IMG/VR virus record: IMGVR_UViG_3300010316_000005
Span: 111,737 to 175,736 of that record
DNA: 64,000 bases
From: a virus
Direction: 5' to 3' (one strand)
Every line of letters starts with the position of its first letter. Within the stretch, counting starts at the first letter, position 1. A program made the position numbers and the translations under genes. Under the pieces are notes generated by a model, which was not told the DNA's origin, did not search any database, and saw nothing but the letters and a program-made list of their open reading frames with translations. This document shows positions 1-12,300 of this stretch, piece by piece.

Positions 1-223
1 CAGCAGTTTCTACACCCGTTTGGTGCGCTCTTGCTTTAATCATATCAGTGTATAGTGAATTTAAATCAGTAGCACTAATTGTTGAATTGTTTGCTGTAGG
101 TTGACTGCTAACTGGATAACTTGCTACAGTTTGTCCATATCCCGACTGACCTGATCCGACGCCAAATATATTATCAATTCTAGCTTGTAAATTATTATGT
201 CTTGTTGCTGTAATGTCAGCCAT
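1..223 (-). CDS. Virion structural protein, 5' part only (runs off the window edge)
   Basis: ATG at 223 on the minus strand after a GGAAG SD-like motif. Reads MADITATRHNNLQARIDNIFGVGSGQSGYGQ... open to base 1. Missing from the ORF track because it has no stop in the window. Confidence 0.7.
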   Translation of the reverse strand, partial: MADITATRHNNLQARIDNIFGVGSGQSGYGQTVASYPVSSQPTANNSTISATDLNSLYTDMIKARAHQTGVETA

Positions 224-232
224 ATTGCTTCC

Positions 233-1696
233 TTAAACTTTTAGTACGCACTCAACTAGTTTCTCACCATCATCGAGATTTGTCTCTAATGCAATACCTA
301 CTAGCGCCTTAGTTGCTAAGGTAGTACTTACTCCGTCTGACATTGCGTAAACAGCTTGGCCTTTTTTAACAGCGCCTTTTACTCTTACTGGAAGACGTCC
401 TTTTAGTCCAATGTACTGGCCGTCTGCTTCACTGTTCATCATATAAGCCGGATCGGTTGACACAACTCCTACACAAAAATCACTTGCACTAGCTGGGCCA
501 ACTTCGTGATCACTGTGTGCGCAAACTGCTACTGCTGTCCCCGGTGCTAGATCATCGCCTGTAGTATATTTTTCCGCTAAGTCAGCGTATCTTGCTTGCG
601 TAGCAATACCTTGGAAAAGGTTTGCTGTTAAGTTACCTGATGCGTCTCTTGCTGCAATTGTGTTAGCAGTTGATGCAACCGCTGCTGAGCGATACGAAGC
701 ACCGTCAACTCTTAGTGCGTTAGCTTGGGTTGCTGTGCCGCTGAGCGTAGTTGCATAAACAGTGTCCCACTTTAATGATGCTGTGCCTAAGTTGTATGTG
801 TTGTCGCTTCCTGGAAGTAATCCAGATGATCTAATCTCAACTGATGTTGTAGCTGTGCCGCCTGCATCTCTTGCCTTAAATCTAATAACGTTAGATGATC
901 CTAGTTGGTTTTCAATAACTGCATCGCTGCTGTTCTCGACATACAGTCTAAACGGTAAGCTATCACCGATTGTAATACCAGCATCACCAAATACGTTGTT
1001 GCCGCCTGCTTGAACAAAATCGTTAGCAGTAAAGCCACCTAGTCTATCAGCGTTTGACGCAGTTCCCCACCAGCGATAATCAGTTGATGTTACTCCAGTA
1101 GCTGAATCTTTTAAAGTTAAGCCTTGTCTAATGTATGTAAAACCTGTATATGGCCCGGTATTAGCAAACGATATACCTAGTGTAAATGATGCGTTGTTGC
1201 TGATAACATAAACAGACTGATCGTCAAGGGTAGCACGAATAACTGTTTTTGTATTGCCTACATCATCAAGTACATTTTCGCTAACTAGCTGCGTTACACC
1301 TGTACCTGCTGCCTGCGGGCCAATTAGTATGAAGATTGCTCCATTGAATACATAAAGCTGATCATTAGCAGTATCCCACCAAAAGTCGCCTATTGATAAG
1401 CCGCCTGGTTCCGAGGCTGCTACTTCTGATCCGCCTGTAGTTCTCCACTGCGTTCCATCGTAAAACTTTAGTTTACTATTTGCGCTGTCAAACCAAACCT
1501 GACCGCTTAGTGCTCTTGGCGGAGGGTTTGCTCCGGCAAAGTTTTCTAAAAGAAACAAGAAGTTTTCGTTTACTGTTTCTCCGTAGCCTGCGTAGTTCTT
1601 ACCGATAAATTTAATATCAGTAGCAGTCGAATCTATAGTTCCATCTTCTACTATAGTTAGAACTGTGTTGTTATATCTGTCAATTTGATAAGCCAT
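233..1696 (-). CDS. Tail fibre-like protein with C-terminal intramolecular chaperone/autocleavage-like domain
   Basis: N-terminal module GKNYAGYGE..NENF..LLENFA..P..GQVWFD is shared with the next two genes. C-terminus ADLAEKY...VGVVSTDPAYMMN...GRLPVRVKG resembles phage fibre chaperone domains. Confidence 0.7.
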   Translation of the reverse strand: MAYQIDRYNNTVLTIVEDGTIDSTATDIKFIGKNYAGYGETVNENFLFLLENFAGANPPPRALSGQVWFDSANSKLKFYDGTQWRTTGGSEVAASEPGGLSIGDFWWDTANDQLYVFNGAIFILIGPQAAGTGVTQLVSENVLDDVGNTKTVIRATLDDQSVYVISNNASFTLGISFANTGPYTGFTYIRQGLTLKDSATGVTSTDYRWWGTASNADRLGGFTANDFVQAGGNNVFGDAGITIGDSLPFRLYVENSSDAVIENQLGSSNVIRFKARDAGGTATTSVEIRSSGLLPGSDNTYNLGTASLKWDTVYATTLSGTATQANALRVDGASYRSAAVASTANTIAARDASGNLTANLFQGIATQARYADLAEKYTTGDDLAPGTAVAVCAHSDHEVGPASASDFCVGVVSTDPAYMMNSEADGQYIGLKGRLPVRVKGAVKKGQAVYAMSDGVSTTLATKALVGIALETNLDDGEKLVECVLKV

Positions 1697-1738
1697 TATT
1701 TATGAACCCTTCGTGTGCTTTACTATTATTTATCGTTT

Positions 1739-3622
1739 TTACGGATAAGTGAACGAGTCCCCAACGGAGTAGTTCCATGATGATCCATCTGATATGTAAA
1801 CCATTAACTGCCTTGTCGGAATAAGGGTTACTGTACCAGATGATGTGTTAGAATTTTGAATATCTTGTATTACAGATTCGTTCTGTGTGCCATTGCTATC
1901 AACAGCGATTCTTGATACTGTAAGAGACTCGCCTGCGTCAGCGTCAGTACTGTCTCGAATAGTTACTTCAACTCCCGACACAGTTGCGTTTGTATAGCCC
2001 GCAGCGTGAATTCGTACTATCTTGGTACTGTTTGTAGGGTCGGGCGGTATAAGGTCGTCTAAGAAGCTCTCTACATTGTTTATCAGCGTTGCTCCTACAC
2101 CTAATCCACTTATGTCCATTGTAAGAATAATTGGTGCTTGTATAACTTGATCGTCAACATACTGCTTAGTAGCAGCATCTTGCGGGCTTGTTGGATCTGC
2201 AACTCCTTGTATAGGAGCATCATCAAGAACAATAGCATTGTTGCTAGTATTGATGTTTAATGCCGTTCCGTTAGTAGAAATAGTATTTCCAACAAAATTC
2301 ATACCATCTACGTTTAGTTCAGTTAATGTTCCTATTTCAGTTAAACCTGTAGCTCTAGTTATAGTTGGTCCAATTTCTGTAGGTGTAATTTTGTCAACGC
2401 CGTTGATTCTATAAACCTCTCCGTTTAATAGATCCATTCCAACGTTCGAAGTCCAGCTATTTGTAAGTATGCGCCAAGTAAGGGTCTTGTCACCGTTTAG
2501 CGATCTAAGAATGATGCCGCCGTCTTCTACTGCAAAGTCAGAAAGCAATGTATTGTCGCCCATTGTAGCAAGTTCAATCTGGTGATCCTCTACTCTAAGA
2601 GTAGTAATATCTAATGATACTGTTTCACCTTCAATTAACAAATCTCCAGTAACTCTTAAATCTCCCGAAACGTCTAGAGTGTATTCTGGTTCGCTGTTAA
2701 AGATACCTACTCGAGCTGTGCCTGCATCAATATACACCGCGTCCTCAATAGTTCCACCAAGTGCTGATGAATTTACCCTTAGAATTAAGTCTTGGTTGTT
2801 GATTTGGTTCTGCATAATAAAGTTATTAGTACCTGGTTCAACAAACTGTCTGTGGTTCTGAGATAATCCGATAGAAATACCACCTTGGTTTTGAATAGTT
2901 AATGTACCAACTGTAATACCATTTCTATTAGCAGGAAGGAACTGGTCAACTGATACTGCGTTTCCGCTAGCATCTACTAACGCTCTTGCTCTAGCAGCCG
3001 TTCCTCTAAATTGGAAATTTGTTTGATCGAACACATTAAGCCCACTAAATACCTGCCCACTTAAATTATCATCAGTTACTAATTCAGTAATCAGGTCTGC
3101 CGTCGACGGTACAAATTGACTGTCACTATACACAGCAACTCTATTGCCGCCGATGTATAAGCCAAGTACAGTAATAAGTCTACCGTTAATGTCTACTAAA
3201 TTCTCAGCTTTGAATCCGCTTGTTCCCTGGTTGTTAGTATACTCTGGGCCAATTAATGTTAGGTCAGTGCCGTCAAATGTGTAAAGTTGATTGTTTACAT
3301 TGTCAATCCAGAGGTCGCCTGCAACCATCTGTGGACGATCTGGCTGAACAAATGGACCGCCTGCTGCGTTCCATTGTGATCCGTTGTATACCTTTAATCT
3401 TTGTTCTGATTTATCCCACCACACTTGCCCAGTCAACGGGTTGCTTGGTGCGGCAGTATTAGCAAAACTTTCTAACAGTTTGATAAAGTTTTCATTAAAA
3501 GCTTCACCATAGCCATTGTAATTTCTACCAACTAATGTTAAATTAGTACTAGTATCATCAATTTGCCCATCGATTAACTCTGTTAGCAATGTACCGTCTG
3601 TTCTGTTTAGTTGATAACTCAT
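1739..3622 (-). CDS. Tail fibre/baseplate-associated structural protein (paralog)
   Basis: Same N-terminal module (GRNYNGYGEAFNENFIKLLESFA). Also fibre-type motifs VGIFNSEPEYTLDVSG and ADPTSPQDAATKQYVD. Confidence 0.7.
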   Translation of the reverse strand: MSYQLNRTDGTLLTELIDGQIDDTSTNLTLVGRNYNGYGEAFNENFIKLLESFANTAAPSNPLTGQVWWDKSEQRLKVYNGSQWNAAGGPFVQPDRPQMVAGDLWIDNVNNQLYTFDGTDLTLIGPEYTNNQGTSGFKAENLVDINGRLITVLGLYIGGNRVAVYSDSQFVPSTADLITELVTDDNLSGQVFSGLNVFDQTNFQFRGTAARARALVDASGNAVSVDQFLPANRNGITVGTLTIQNQGGISIGLSQNHRQFVEPGTNNFIMQNQINNQDLILRVNSSALGGTIEDAVYIDAGTARVGIFNSEPEYTLDVSGDLRVTGDLLIEGETVSLDITTLRVEDHQIELATMGDNTLLSDFAVEDGGIILRSLNGDKTLTWRILTNSWTSNVGMDLLNGEVYRINGVDKITPTEIGPTITRATGLTEIGTLTELNVDGMNFVGNTISTNGTALNINTSNNAIVLDDAPIQGVADPTSPQDAATKQYVDDQVIQAPIILTMDISGLGVGATLINNVESFLDDLIPPDPTNSTKIVRIHAAGYTNATVSGVEVTIRDSTDADAGESLTVSRIAVDSNGTQNESVIQDIQNSNTSSGTVTLIPTRQLMVYISDGSSWNYSVGDSFTYP

Positions 3623-3625
3623 GTT

Positions 3626-5725
3626 TTAGATTCCAGTGTAAATAATGTAATTTAGTGCTACGTATGGGTTCATAACATCTAGTGAGGCGCCTAGGCGCTC
3701 ATCGCCTACTTCTCTGTAAACGTTGTCGCCTTCTGCTCCACCGCCTACTAATCCACCTGATGTCGGTAGACCTTGCGCACTCAGCGTACCTGTTTCAAAT
3801 GTCAAGTCAGTAACGTCAGTGTCAGGTGTACCAGTAGTGGGGTTAACTGCATAATGTTGTGTTCCTGCATCACCCTTTAGATCATGTTCGTGATCTGGAA
3901 GATGTCTTTTCTCAATGTCCGACGTTTCAATACCGCCTGATGCACCGAGTATATCAGCTAGATCACCTGTGACAGTATTGGCGCTGACGCCGCCCATATT
4001 ATCAAGACCCAACGGAAATCTGCCGCGCATATCCGGAAGCGCAAAGCTGTTAACACCTAAGTCAGCTAACAAATCTGGATTTCTAAATGAATACTGAATA
4101 ACATCAAACAATTCGTTAAACGATGAAATAGCAAGTACTGAACCGTTACATAATAGCCATCCACTTGGGGCGTCGGCTCCACCGTATGGTAGAATAATGC
4201 CTACAGGGAAAATAGGCACTGATTTAAGAAAGTTTGTTTTAGTAATCTTAAATAAGCCAGTGTCACGACTTAGCACTATTTCGTCTGTATTCGGTGAATC
4301 AAACGTTTCTGATTTAGTTGAAATAAATGAGTTTGATATTTGAATATTAAGTGTCTTATTTGTGCCGCCTGTTTGCCCATCAAATGCAAAACTAGCATTT
4401 GCTACGTCGCCCGTAACACCAATTGTAGTAGCAGTAGTTAATTTATCCGATGAACTCGATCTACCAGTTAGAGTACCGATTACATTACCTTGAACATTTC
4501 CAAATATATTATTTGCATATAAGTTTAGATATCTGTTTCCAGTTGCGCCGATGCTATACACATTATTTGATGTTGGCTCAATATTTTTTGTTTTTAGCAA
4601 TCCCGAGTTAGTAGACGAATCGTCTACTCCAACTTGTAGTTCGCCGCCTACATACATGTTGCCGCCAATACCGGCTCCGCCTTCGACGATCAAAGCACCT
4701 TCGTCTACTGCGGTACTATTTGTTGTTCCATTAATTCTAAGGATGCCAGTATCTTCGTTGCCTAATTCTGGAGAGATTTGGACGTTACCAACAACATCTA
4801 AGGTTTCTGCAGGAGCAACATTGTTAATCCCCACTCTTTTCGAAGCATCAATTCTCATTACAGTATTGTTCGACACGCCAGAACGCAGTCTAAAGTCGAT
4901 GCTCGCACCGCTTGATGCGTTTGTCATAACTGCTGCTTGACTTTCTACTTTAAGAACTAACTGGCCGTTTGAGCCTAGTGATATTCCTTTGTCGGTGTTA
5001 ACTTTAACTTGGTCGAGGAAATTAGCAACCGTGTCATTTCTTACAAATTTGTCCGACGGTACTATTTCACTACCGACAATAAGGTTTTCAGCTTTTTGTG
5101 ATGTGCCGTTAAACTTGTAAATCGTAGTCAAGTCATCATACAAGTTTAATCCAATTTGAATTGGCTGTCTTGTAAAACCAAGTATAGCCGACTTAGGCGT
5201 AAATTTATCACTACTTAAAATTGCTACGGTTTTGTTTTGAATTTTTAGAGTTAATACAACATATGTTAAATTATCAGTTCCGACAATTTGTTCACTAGCT
5301 ATACCAGTCAACAAACCATCACTAAATTCCGGACCTACTAGAATCCAGTCAGTACCAGTAAATAAATATAACTGCTGAGTATCTGTGTTTGCCCAAAGAT
5401 CTCCTGCAATTGAGTTTGATACTTCTGGTGCTATTGCGCCCTTTTTTAGGCCGCTGGCGGATAGCCATTGGACGCCGTCATATATTTTAAGCTGATCGAT
5501 GCCTTGAGTATTATCATACCAAAGTTGCCCTTCAACTGGCCTTTCGGGAGCAGTTGTGTTAGCAAAGTTTTCTAATAGATGCAGAAAGTTTTCTGCAACA
5601 GTTTGTCCGTACCCTGGAAAACTGCGTCCCGGAAATCCTAGACTAGTGTCTTCATTTAGGGTAGCATCTTCAACGATAATATTACTTTTATTAATACTAT
5701 CTGTATATCTTATTTCATATGCCAT
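3626..5725 (-). CDS. Short tail fibre-like protein with phage tail-collar domain (gp12-like C-terminus)
   Basis: Shared N-terminal module. C-terminal PVGIILPYGG..APSGWLLCNG...FALPDMRGRFPLG...HLPDHEH...NPYVALNYII is a typical tail-collar signature. Confidence 0.8.
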   Translation of the reverse strand: MAYEIRYTDSINKSNIIVEDATLNEDTSLGFPGRSFPGYGQTVAENFLHLLENFANTTAPERPVEGQLWYDNTQGIDQLKIYDGVQWLSASGLKKGAIAPEVSNSIAGDLWANTDTQQLYLFTGTDWILVGPEFSDGLLTGIASEQIVGTDNLTYVVLTLKIQNKTVAILSSDKFTPKSAILGFTRQPIQIGLNLYDDLTTIYKFNGTSQKAENLIVGSEIVPSDKFVRNDTVANFLDQVKVNTDKGISLGSNGQLVLKVESQAAVMTNASSGASIDFRLRSGVSNNTVMRIDASKRVGINNVAPAETLDVVGNVQISPELGNEDTGILRINGTTNSTAVDEGALIVEGGAGIGGNMYVGGELQVGVDDSSTNSGLLKTKNIEPTSNNVYSIGATGNRYLNLYANNIFGNVQGNVIGTLTGRSSSSDKLTTATTIGVTGDVANASFAFDGQTGGTNKTLNIQISNSFISTKSETFDSPNTDEIVLSRDTGLFKITKTNFLKSVPIFPVGIILPYGGADAPSGWLLCNGSVLAISSFNELFDVIQYSFRNPDLLADLGVNSFALPDMRGRFPLGLDNMGGVSANTVTGDLADILGASGGIETSDIEKRHLPDHEHDLKGDAGTQHYAVNPTTGTPDTDVTDLTFETGTLSAQGLPTSGGLVGGGAEGDNVYREVGDERLGASLDVMNPYVALNYIIYTGI

Positions 5726-6336
5726 TATGCGTTACCTCCGCTTAGGCTTTGAATTCTTACAGTGTAGTCAATTTGAATAAGTCTGTTTAATGACTTCTGT
5801 ACAGGATGGAAAATAACATGAGTAATTAAACGTCCTGTTCCACTTGGTGAGTAGCTTCTTAACCCTAACTCATCAAACACGAATTCGTCATCTGCTGAAG
5901 TAGCAGTGTCAAATGCTTGCTGTCCATTTGGTTCACCGTAGTCTAACAAACATCTAACTAGCATGTCAGTATAGTTTGTACCACTAACGTGTCTTGTTTC
6001 AATAAAGTTTCTAGCAGGATCTAAGTTGTTAGCCGAACGGGCGTCGACTACTTTTGAATATGTTTGATTATACAATGTAGCATTTGTGCCAGTTGAGTTA
6101 GGAGTCAAGTAAGTAATAATACCTGTAGGGTCAACACTAGTGCCGCCGTTACCAAAGCTCATTTCATACACAAAACCTTCGCCTGCGTTGCTCATGCTTT
6201 CTGCTAATGCAATGCTCATATTTTCATAATGGATCGCATTTCTTTTGTTTATAAACACTGTACCAGATTCTGGATCTGATATCTTAATGTGTCCTTGTAC
6301 TGAAATTCCGCTAGTATCTTTCATATTGTCACTCAT
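5725..6336 (-). CDS. Conserved phage structural protein (baseplate/fibre region)
   Basis: 203-aa ORF coupled to the next gene, with a late-type TAAATA upstream. Beta-rich, ends in FDELGL...FHPVQKSLNRLIQIDYTVRI. Confidence 0.6.
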   Translation of the reverse strand: MSDNMKDTSGISVQGHIKISDPESGTVFINKRNAIHYENMSIALAESMSNAGEGFVYEMSFGNGGTSVDPTGIITYLTPNSTGTNATLYNQTYSKVVDARSANNLDPARNFIETRHVSGTNYTDMLVRCLLDYGEPNGQQAFDTATSADDEFVFDELGLRSYSPSGTGRLITHVIFHPVQKSLNRLIQIDYTVRIQSLSGGNA

Positions 6337-6371
6337 TTTTGTTTCCTACATTGTATTTATTCTGGTAGCTG

Positions 6372-9300
6372 TTAGTTTCCGGCACGTATAAACGACCCTA
6401 TGTCAGTTTTTGTTTCACCTAAGGTTTCACCAGTTAATGTCCAAATTCTTCCTGTTTTTCTCATCACAACAATCTTTTCATTGTTTAATGGTATACCGTC
6501 GGCATGTATATCGTCCTGAATGTCAAAGCTAATAATATCACCGTCGATTGTAAATTCTGCTTGCTGCACAAGATCACCATCTGGTGAGTCAAGCGCCACT
6601 ACTTCACTAAACTTACTTATCTCATTCTTCCTTAGTCGGCGGCCACCTACGAAAACTTCAACTTCGTTAATACCATATGATGCCTGCAATGTAGAATCTT
6701 TGTAACCGATAGTTATGCTCTGGCTTCCATCTCCGATAAAGTTACGCAGAACTGTTCTATCATTGTAAGGAACAGTTTTTCTAGCGCCTTGATCAAACAC
6801 TTCTTCTCCTGCTGAATATGTATCTTTAACTCCTGTACCAAGTGTACCTCTGCGAAGTTGCCTTAGTAGATTACCGTCTTTTACTAGGTATTCAATGCGC
6901 TCGCCATCAATCCAAACAATGCCCGGTTTATTAGACTTCTTGTCCGGTGCTGGTAGCAACGATGCGTCTTCTACTTCAACTCTTAAATCATAGTAATTTA
7001 GGTCCTTGCTAAGAACTGTTACAGCATCGTTAATTCTCTTGTAGTGAGTTCTATTAAGAACATCCTTAAAGATTCTGTAGGCAAATTTAGGCACCGAAAC
7101 AGGAGTAGCAAACTGCACTACTTCTATAACATCGTTTGTTCCCGGAGGAGTTGTTAGCTGGACCTTTAATCTGTCGTCAGTAATATAATAGTCAACGCTC
7201 GGAGATAGTAAGATTCCATTTTTTGCAACCCATACGTATTGCGCATCTTCTGCCGGCTTTCTCAGTTTGATTTCACCGTATGATAGACGCTGATAAGTTT
7301 TTGCTTCCTTGCTTCCCGGAACAATAGCAAATCTTGACACAACATCATAGTTCTGTTTTTCAATACCAAGGATGTCGTGGTTTGAGAATTTAATAATTTC
7401 AATTCTTTCATTTACACCAGGTGCATATTTAAACGTAATATTGTTGTTGTCAAATGTATATTCACTATCAGAAATTAGGTAAATTTCCAGTAAATCGCCT
7501 ACGTCACCTGTACCGTCATTTAACCTAATCGAGTTGGTATTCGGATTCAGAAGCCACCTGTTAGGCGTCTCTATTATTGCGCCATTTAAAAATACGCGCA
7601 GATTAGTAGTGTCAATAGTCGTTGACGGAAACTGGAATGATTCAATTGCATATTCTCTAACATCAATGCTTTTGATTTCATACTGAATATTGTATCCAGA
7701 ACTTAGAATCTTATTTCCGACTTTTACCAAGCAGTTGTGTTCGGTTGGCTCAACAAAGAATGGCGTTTCAGCAATCGGAAACACCGTAGATGCTCCGTCA
7801 CCGATTAATACTTCTTTATTAACTTGACTATAATTTACTTCAGTGTTATTATCAAACACAATATAGTTGATTGTCTGTCCAGTTTCTGGTGTTACTGTTA
7901 GGCTAATAGTTAAAGTATCTTTACCTTCTGTTTTAGTAGCACCGATCTCAACGTTTTCGCCATCAAGAGTTAAGAATACACCGTATCCATCTTTGAAATA
8001 AGTGTTAATTTCGTACTCATCAGTATCGGCAACAGTCATAGCCTTTCCAAAATCAATAACATTTTGTACACCCGCTTCCAGTGTTACTATCGATAGAGCG
8101 TGCCCTTCAGTTAAGTCAGGAATATTAATTGTTAAGTTGCTCCAATCAACGTCATAATCGCCTCGGGTTAATATTATGCCGTCTACTTTTACAACAATTG
8201 CGTCAAGACTCGACGGAGTTGCACCTAAGTCAAACGTTTCATTTACTCCGTCAGTAATGTGATACTGGCTAACAATCTTACCTGGACCGGTCGAGTCTCT
8301 TGTATACACTCTTAAATCCAGTGTATCCATTACTTGACCTGGTACCATTTCTTCTGGTCCAGTTGACGTAGTAGCAGTAACAAAGCTGTCGCCGTCTACA
8401 ATAATATCTTCTGCTTTTAACCCAGTCGCAGTTGTCTTGTCAAATGCTCCACCTGTTAATTGAGTATCATACGATGCCGGATCCGGTGCCACAGTACCAT
8501 CTGATGTTATTTTTCTAATAATCATTATGTCGCCGTCTTCAGTGGCAATATCGTAATCACTCAGAATAAACACATCAGTTGTGCCGTCGCCTGTAATACT
8601 TTCTAGTTTAGCATCTTCGTTAAGTTGTTCTTCAGTGCCAAAATTAGGATCATCAATTCTGACTCCATTCAAATAAACATTGTACACAGTGCCGCTTTCA
8701 AACGGTTCGTCTAGACCTACTGCAACAGTTGAGCCGTCAAACGTAAACACATAGTCTTCATATGAATTATCAAATTCGTCCCATGTATCCGTATACCAAT
8801 CATTTGTGTTCCAACCTTGCTCTTCACTAAATCCAAACGATGTAACTTCAACACCGCCATAGTCGACACCAGTCATTAACTGTGCTAAATCTTTACCGAG
8901 CATACCGCTCAGTGCTGTATAGCCAAATTGTATTCTGTCTTCTGCACTTAACATCGACAGTGGCTTCTGGTAGCTAATTACGATATTTGCGTCTAATGCA
9001 GGTGGATTAGTAAACGTAACTTGTCCTTGCTCTCTAATATATCCAGCATCTGTGTTTGTTACGTTACGGAAAGTAAACTGACTACGAAGCATTTCTTTTC
9101 CGTCTACTGTTACTGTCACAGTGTCTAACCGTAAGTTCATTGGCCATTCTAAGTTAAACGTTGTTTGAGAATTCGAACCAACGAACGTTTCAGTTTCTGC
9201 TAGCGAGTTAATGTAGTACTTGCCCGACGTTCTATCAAACTTGATAGTGATGCTCGGAGATCTCACTACGCCGGAGCCAAGTATTGCTGATGCTCTAGCC

Positions 9301-12300
9301 ACAACGCCGTTTTCTACTTGGGGAACAGCAATATTAATAGCAGGAGCACTTGTATAACCTTGGCCCGGGTTAGTAACTTTAATTGCTGTTACCTTTCCGT
9401 AGCCAATGTACGCTTTAGCAGTGGCGCCGGTTCCGCCGCCTCCTACTAATTCTACAGTTGGTGCAAACACATATCCGCTGCCTGCATCTCCAATCATAAT
9501 ATTAGTAATTTGTCTACCATAGTTGTCAAGCCAATTCTTCCTTGGGTATTGACTTACATTAGGATCAACATTTAGCAATCCGCCATCTTGGAAGATTGCT
9601 CTATTTGGCACAATCTTCTTTTCAGTTTCACTGTAGAACGGTGGCAAGTCAAAATCTGTTATAACACTATTTGTAGGCTCTAGTCTTTCTTTTACGCTTA
9701 CAAATTCTCTAATAACAGTCTTGTACGGCTTCACTTCGTTTACATATGCTTCGTAGCTTGAGAGTGTATTGCCGTCGAAAGTAACATCTTGATCAAACTC
9801 ACCAAGATTGTGATTAATTTTAACATAGCTTGTCTTGAATAGCCAGTCAACATATTGCTGCTCAGACATCACATAACGCAAGCTTGCGAAGAATAGTTGG
9901 TTATACTCTCTTCTCAAGTTGCTTGTAAATATACTGTCGCGGATTGCTTTAAATATAATTCTCAATTCAACTTGAGCATCATTGTCATAAAACGTGCTAT
10001 CATAACTACGGTTGTCAAAACCAACCTTATTCTTAGCTGTGTTATATAGAGATTCTTTAAACTGTATTGTACCGTCTTGACGTCCAATAGTTTTATAGTC
10101 TACTGTGTAATCTTCAGATCCAGTGTTGTCAACTTTTTCAAGTAGCAACCAGCCGCCTGTTCCGACGTTTTGAATTTTAACAATATCACCTATGCTATCT
10201 GCCAACGCGGTTAATTCATATGACTCAGTTATAATAAAGTCACTTGATGTAAATTCATTATACCCAGTTGCATACCAATCAGCATAATCCCAATACAACG
10301 GAACATTGTAGTCTTGCACACTTCTTCTAAACCATTCTGATGCTTCTTCGTTCCAGGCCCATATTGCCCATCTGCCATCAGCATCAGTGTCGGCATTAAC
10401 AAGTACTGAGAATCTTCTTACTGTAATTCTAGTATTTTCGTCGTACCCTGTTCCTCTGCTTAGTATCTTAACTGCGCTAATTCCACCTACGTTAGTAAGT
10501 GTAAGCTCTATTTCAGCATCTGTGCCTGCGCCGACAATTGCATACTTCGGAGCAGAACGATAACCTCTACCTGCACTTAGAATGTTAACTTTAGCTAATT
10601 TACCATTTCTAATCACAGGCTCAAGTATTGCAGGAGTAACCTTGTTTGTACTAATGAATCGTAATTCATCAACTGTGTCAACTGTTAAGTCAAACTCTTT
10701 CGAAGCCGACGTCGGCTTAGGTTCTGTTTCAAACAATGCCGATATATCATACTCGTCAACTACAATGTTTTCGAGCAACACAAGGTTAACTCGTTCAATA
10801 TATTGCTTTAGAGCTTCTTCGCGGTTTACAAATATACCCTGACGTGGCTTATTTTGAATTCCGTACTTTTGTTTAGGTGACAGGTCTGGGTTAGGCACTG
10901 GGCGACCTTGTTCGTCATAACCAATTAAGCTATCAAACCACTTTCGTTCAATCTCACTATGCGGTACACTATTCTCGTCACCATCGCTAATAATCTGATA
11001 TTGACTGTGCGTATTTTGCTCATCTCTTTCGTTTTCAGTATATCTGATATTTAGAACAATATCTTCGTTATAGATTAAGCTGCCTATGTTATTTAGAACA
11101 ATTCTGTCCGCAGCAAGCAAGCTAGCAAATCTGTAGCCTTCTTTTCTCGGCTGCGCAATAAGTCTACTTACGTCAAACGCACTAACCTTTCTATCAATTA
11201 CTGCATCAGTTGGAATTGTCTTCTTGTTAGCGACCCAGAAGTAGTACTTTGGAATAAACCGTTGGGCAACGCTGTCATAGTCAAATGTCTGACTGAAGAA
11301 ATCATCACCATACAGAGATTTACCACTAATGCCTCTTTGAATGCCTAACTCTGAATCAGCAATCTGATCCCAGTTTGACGGAGGCACTGCGCTCTCAACC
11401 CATTCAAATACGTTAACAAAGGATCCTGGTTGTAGTTCATTCCAGTTTGCTTTTTGATACTGGATGTCTCCCTGATAAGGATAAGTGAATCTTGTTGTTT
11501 TTGTATACCACCATAATTTACCAACATGCTCCGGGCCCCAGAATGTATCTTCTGTTACTTCTGGCCCTGCTCCTACGTTATATGTTGCCGGATCAATTCC
11601 CATTTCATAATGCAGTTCTTGCTTTGCAGGACCGGCAATCTTTCCTTGTATTGGATCAATGTAATCCAGGTATTGAACAATGCTGTTTGTTCTCTTATTA
11701 TAAAGGAACATGCCTTTAATCTTAGATACATCAACTGGCGGAATAAGTTCTCTTTTCTTATTCCATGCAAATTTTTCATTTGGCTTTCTATATTCAATTA
11801 ACTTGCCTTTCTTAGGCATTCCGATGTATACGTGGTTACCTTTGGCAAATATGTTTTCGCCAAAGTCAAAGTCTGCTAGGTCATAGCGGAATGACTCTGA
11901 GAATATTAACGCATTTTCTATTTCTTCGTATACGTAAACTGTACCCGAATCTAGTATGATATTATTAAAGTCAGTATAACCTTTATCAAATGTAGTTATA
12001 ACACCCGAGTCTGCGTCAAACGTAGTTGGTATTATCATGTCACCTCTGGCACTACTTACGATTAGGTTGTCGCTACTAAATGACATCTTATCGCCAAAAC
12101 GTTCTGCTAACTCATTCTTAGGTGACTTTAATTCCTGCGACAATACAAATTGCTGATTTACTAATGAATATATATAAATCTTGCCTTGGTTGTACTTTAC
12201 ATCATCGTTAAACTGATCTGATATAGCAATCTTTGTACCTGCTGGATTAATCACAACCGAAGAACCAAATGTATCTCTGTCATCAGGTGGGTTAATTTCT

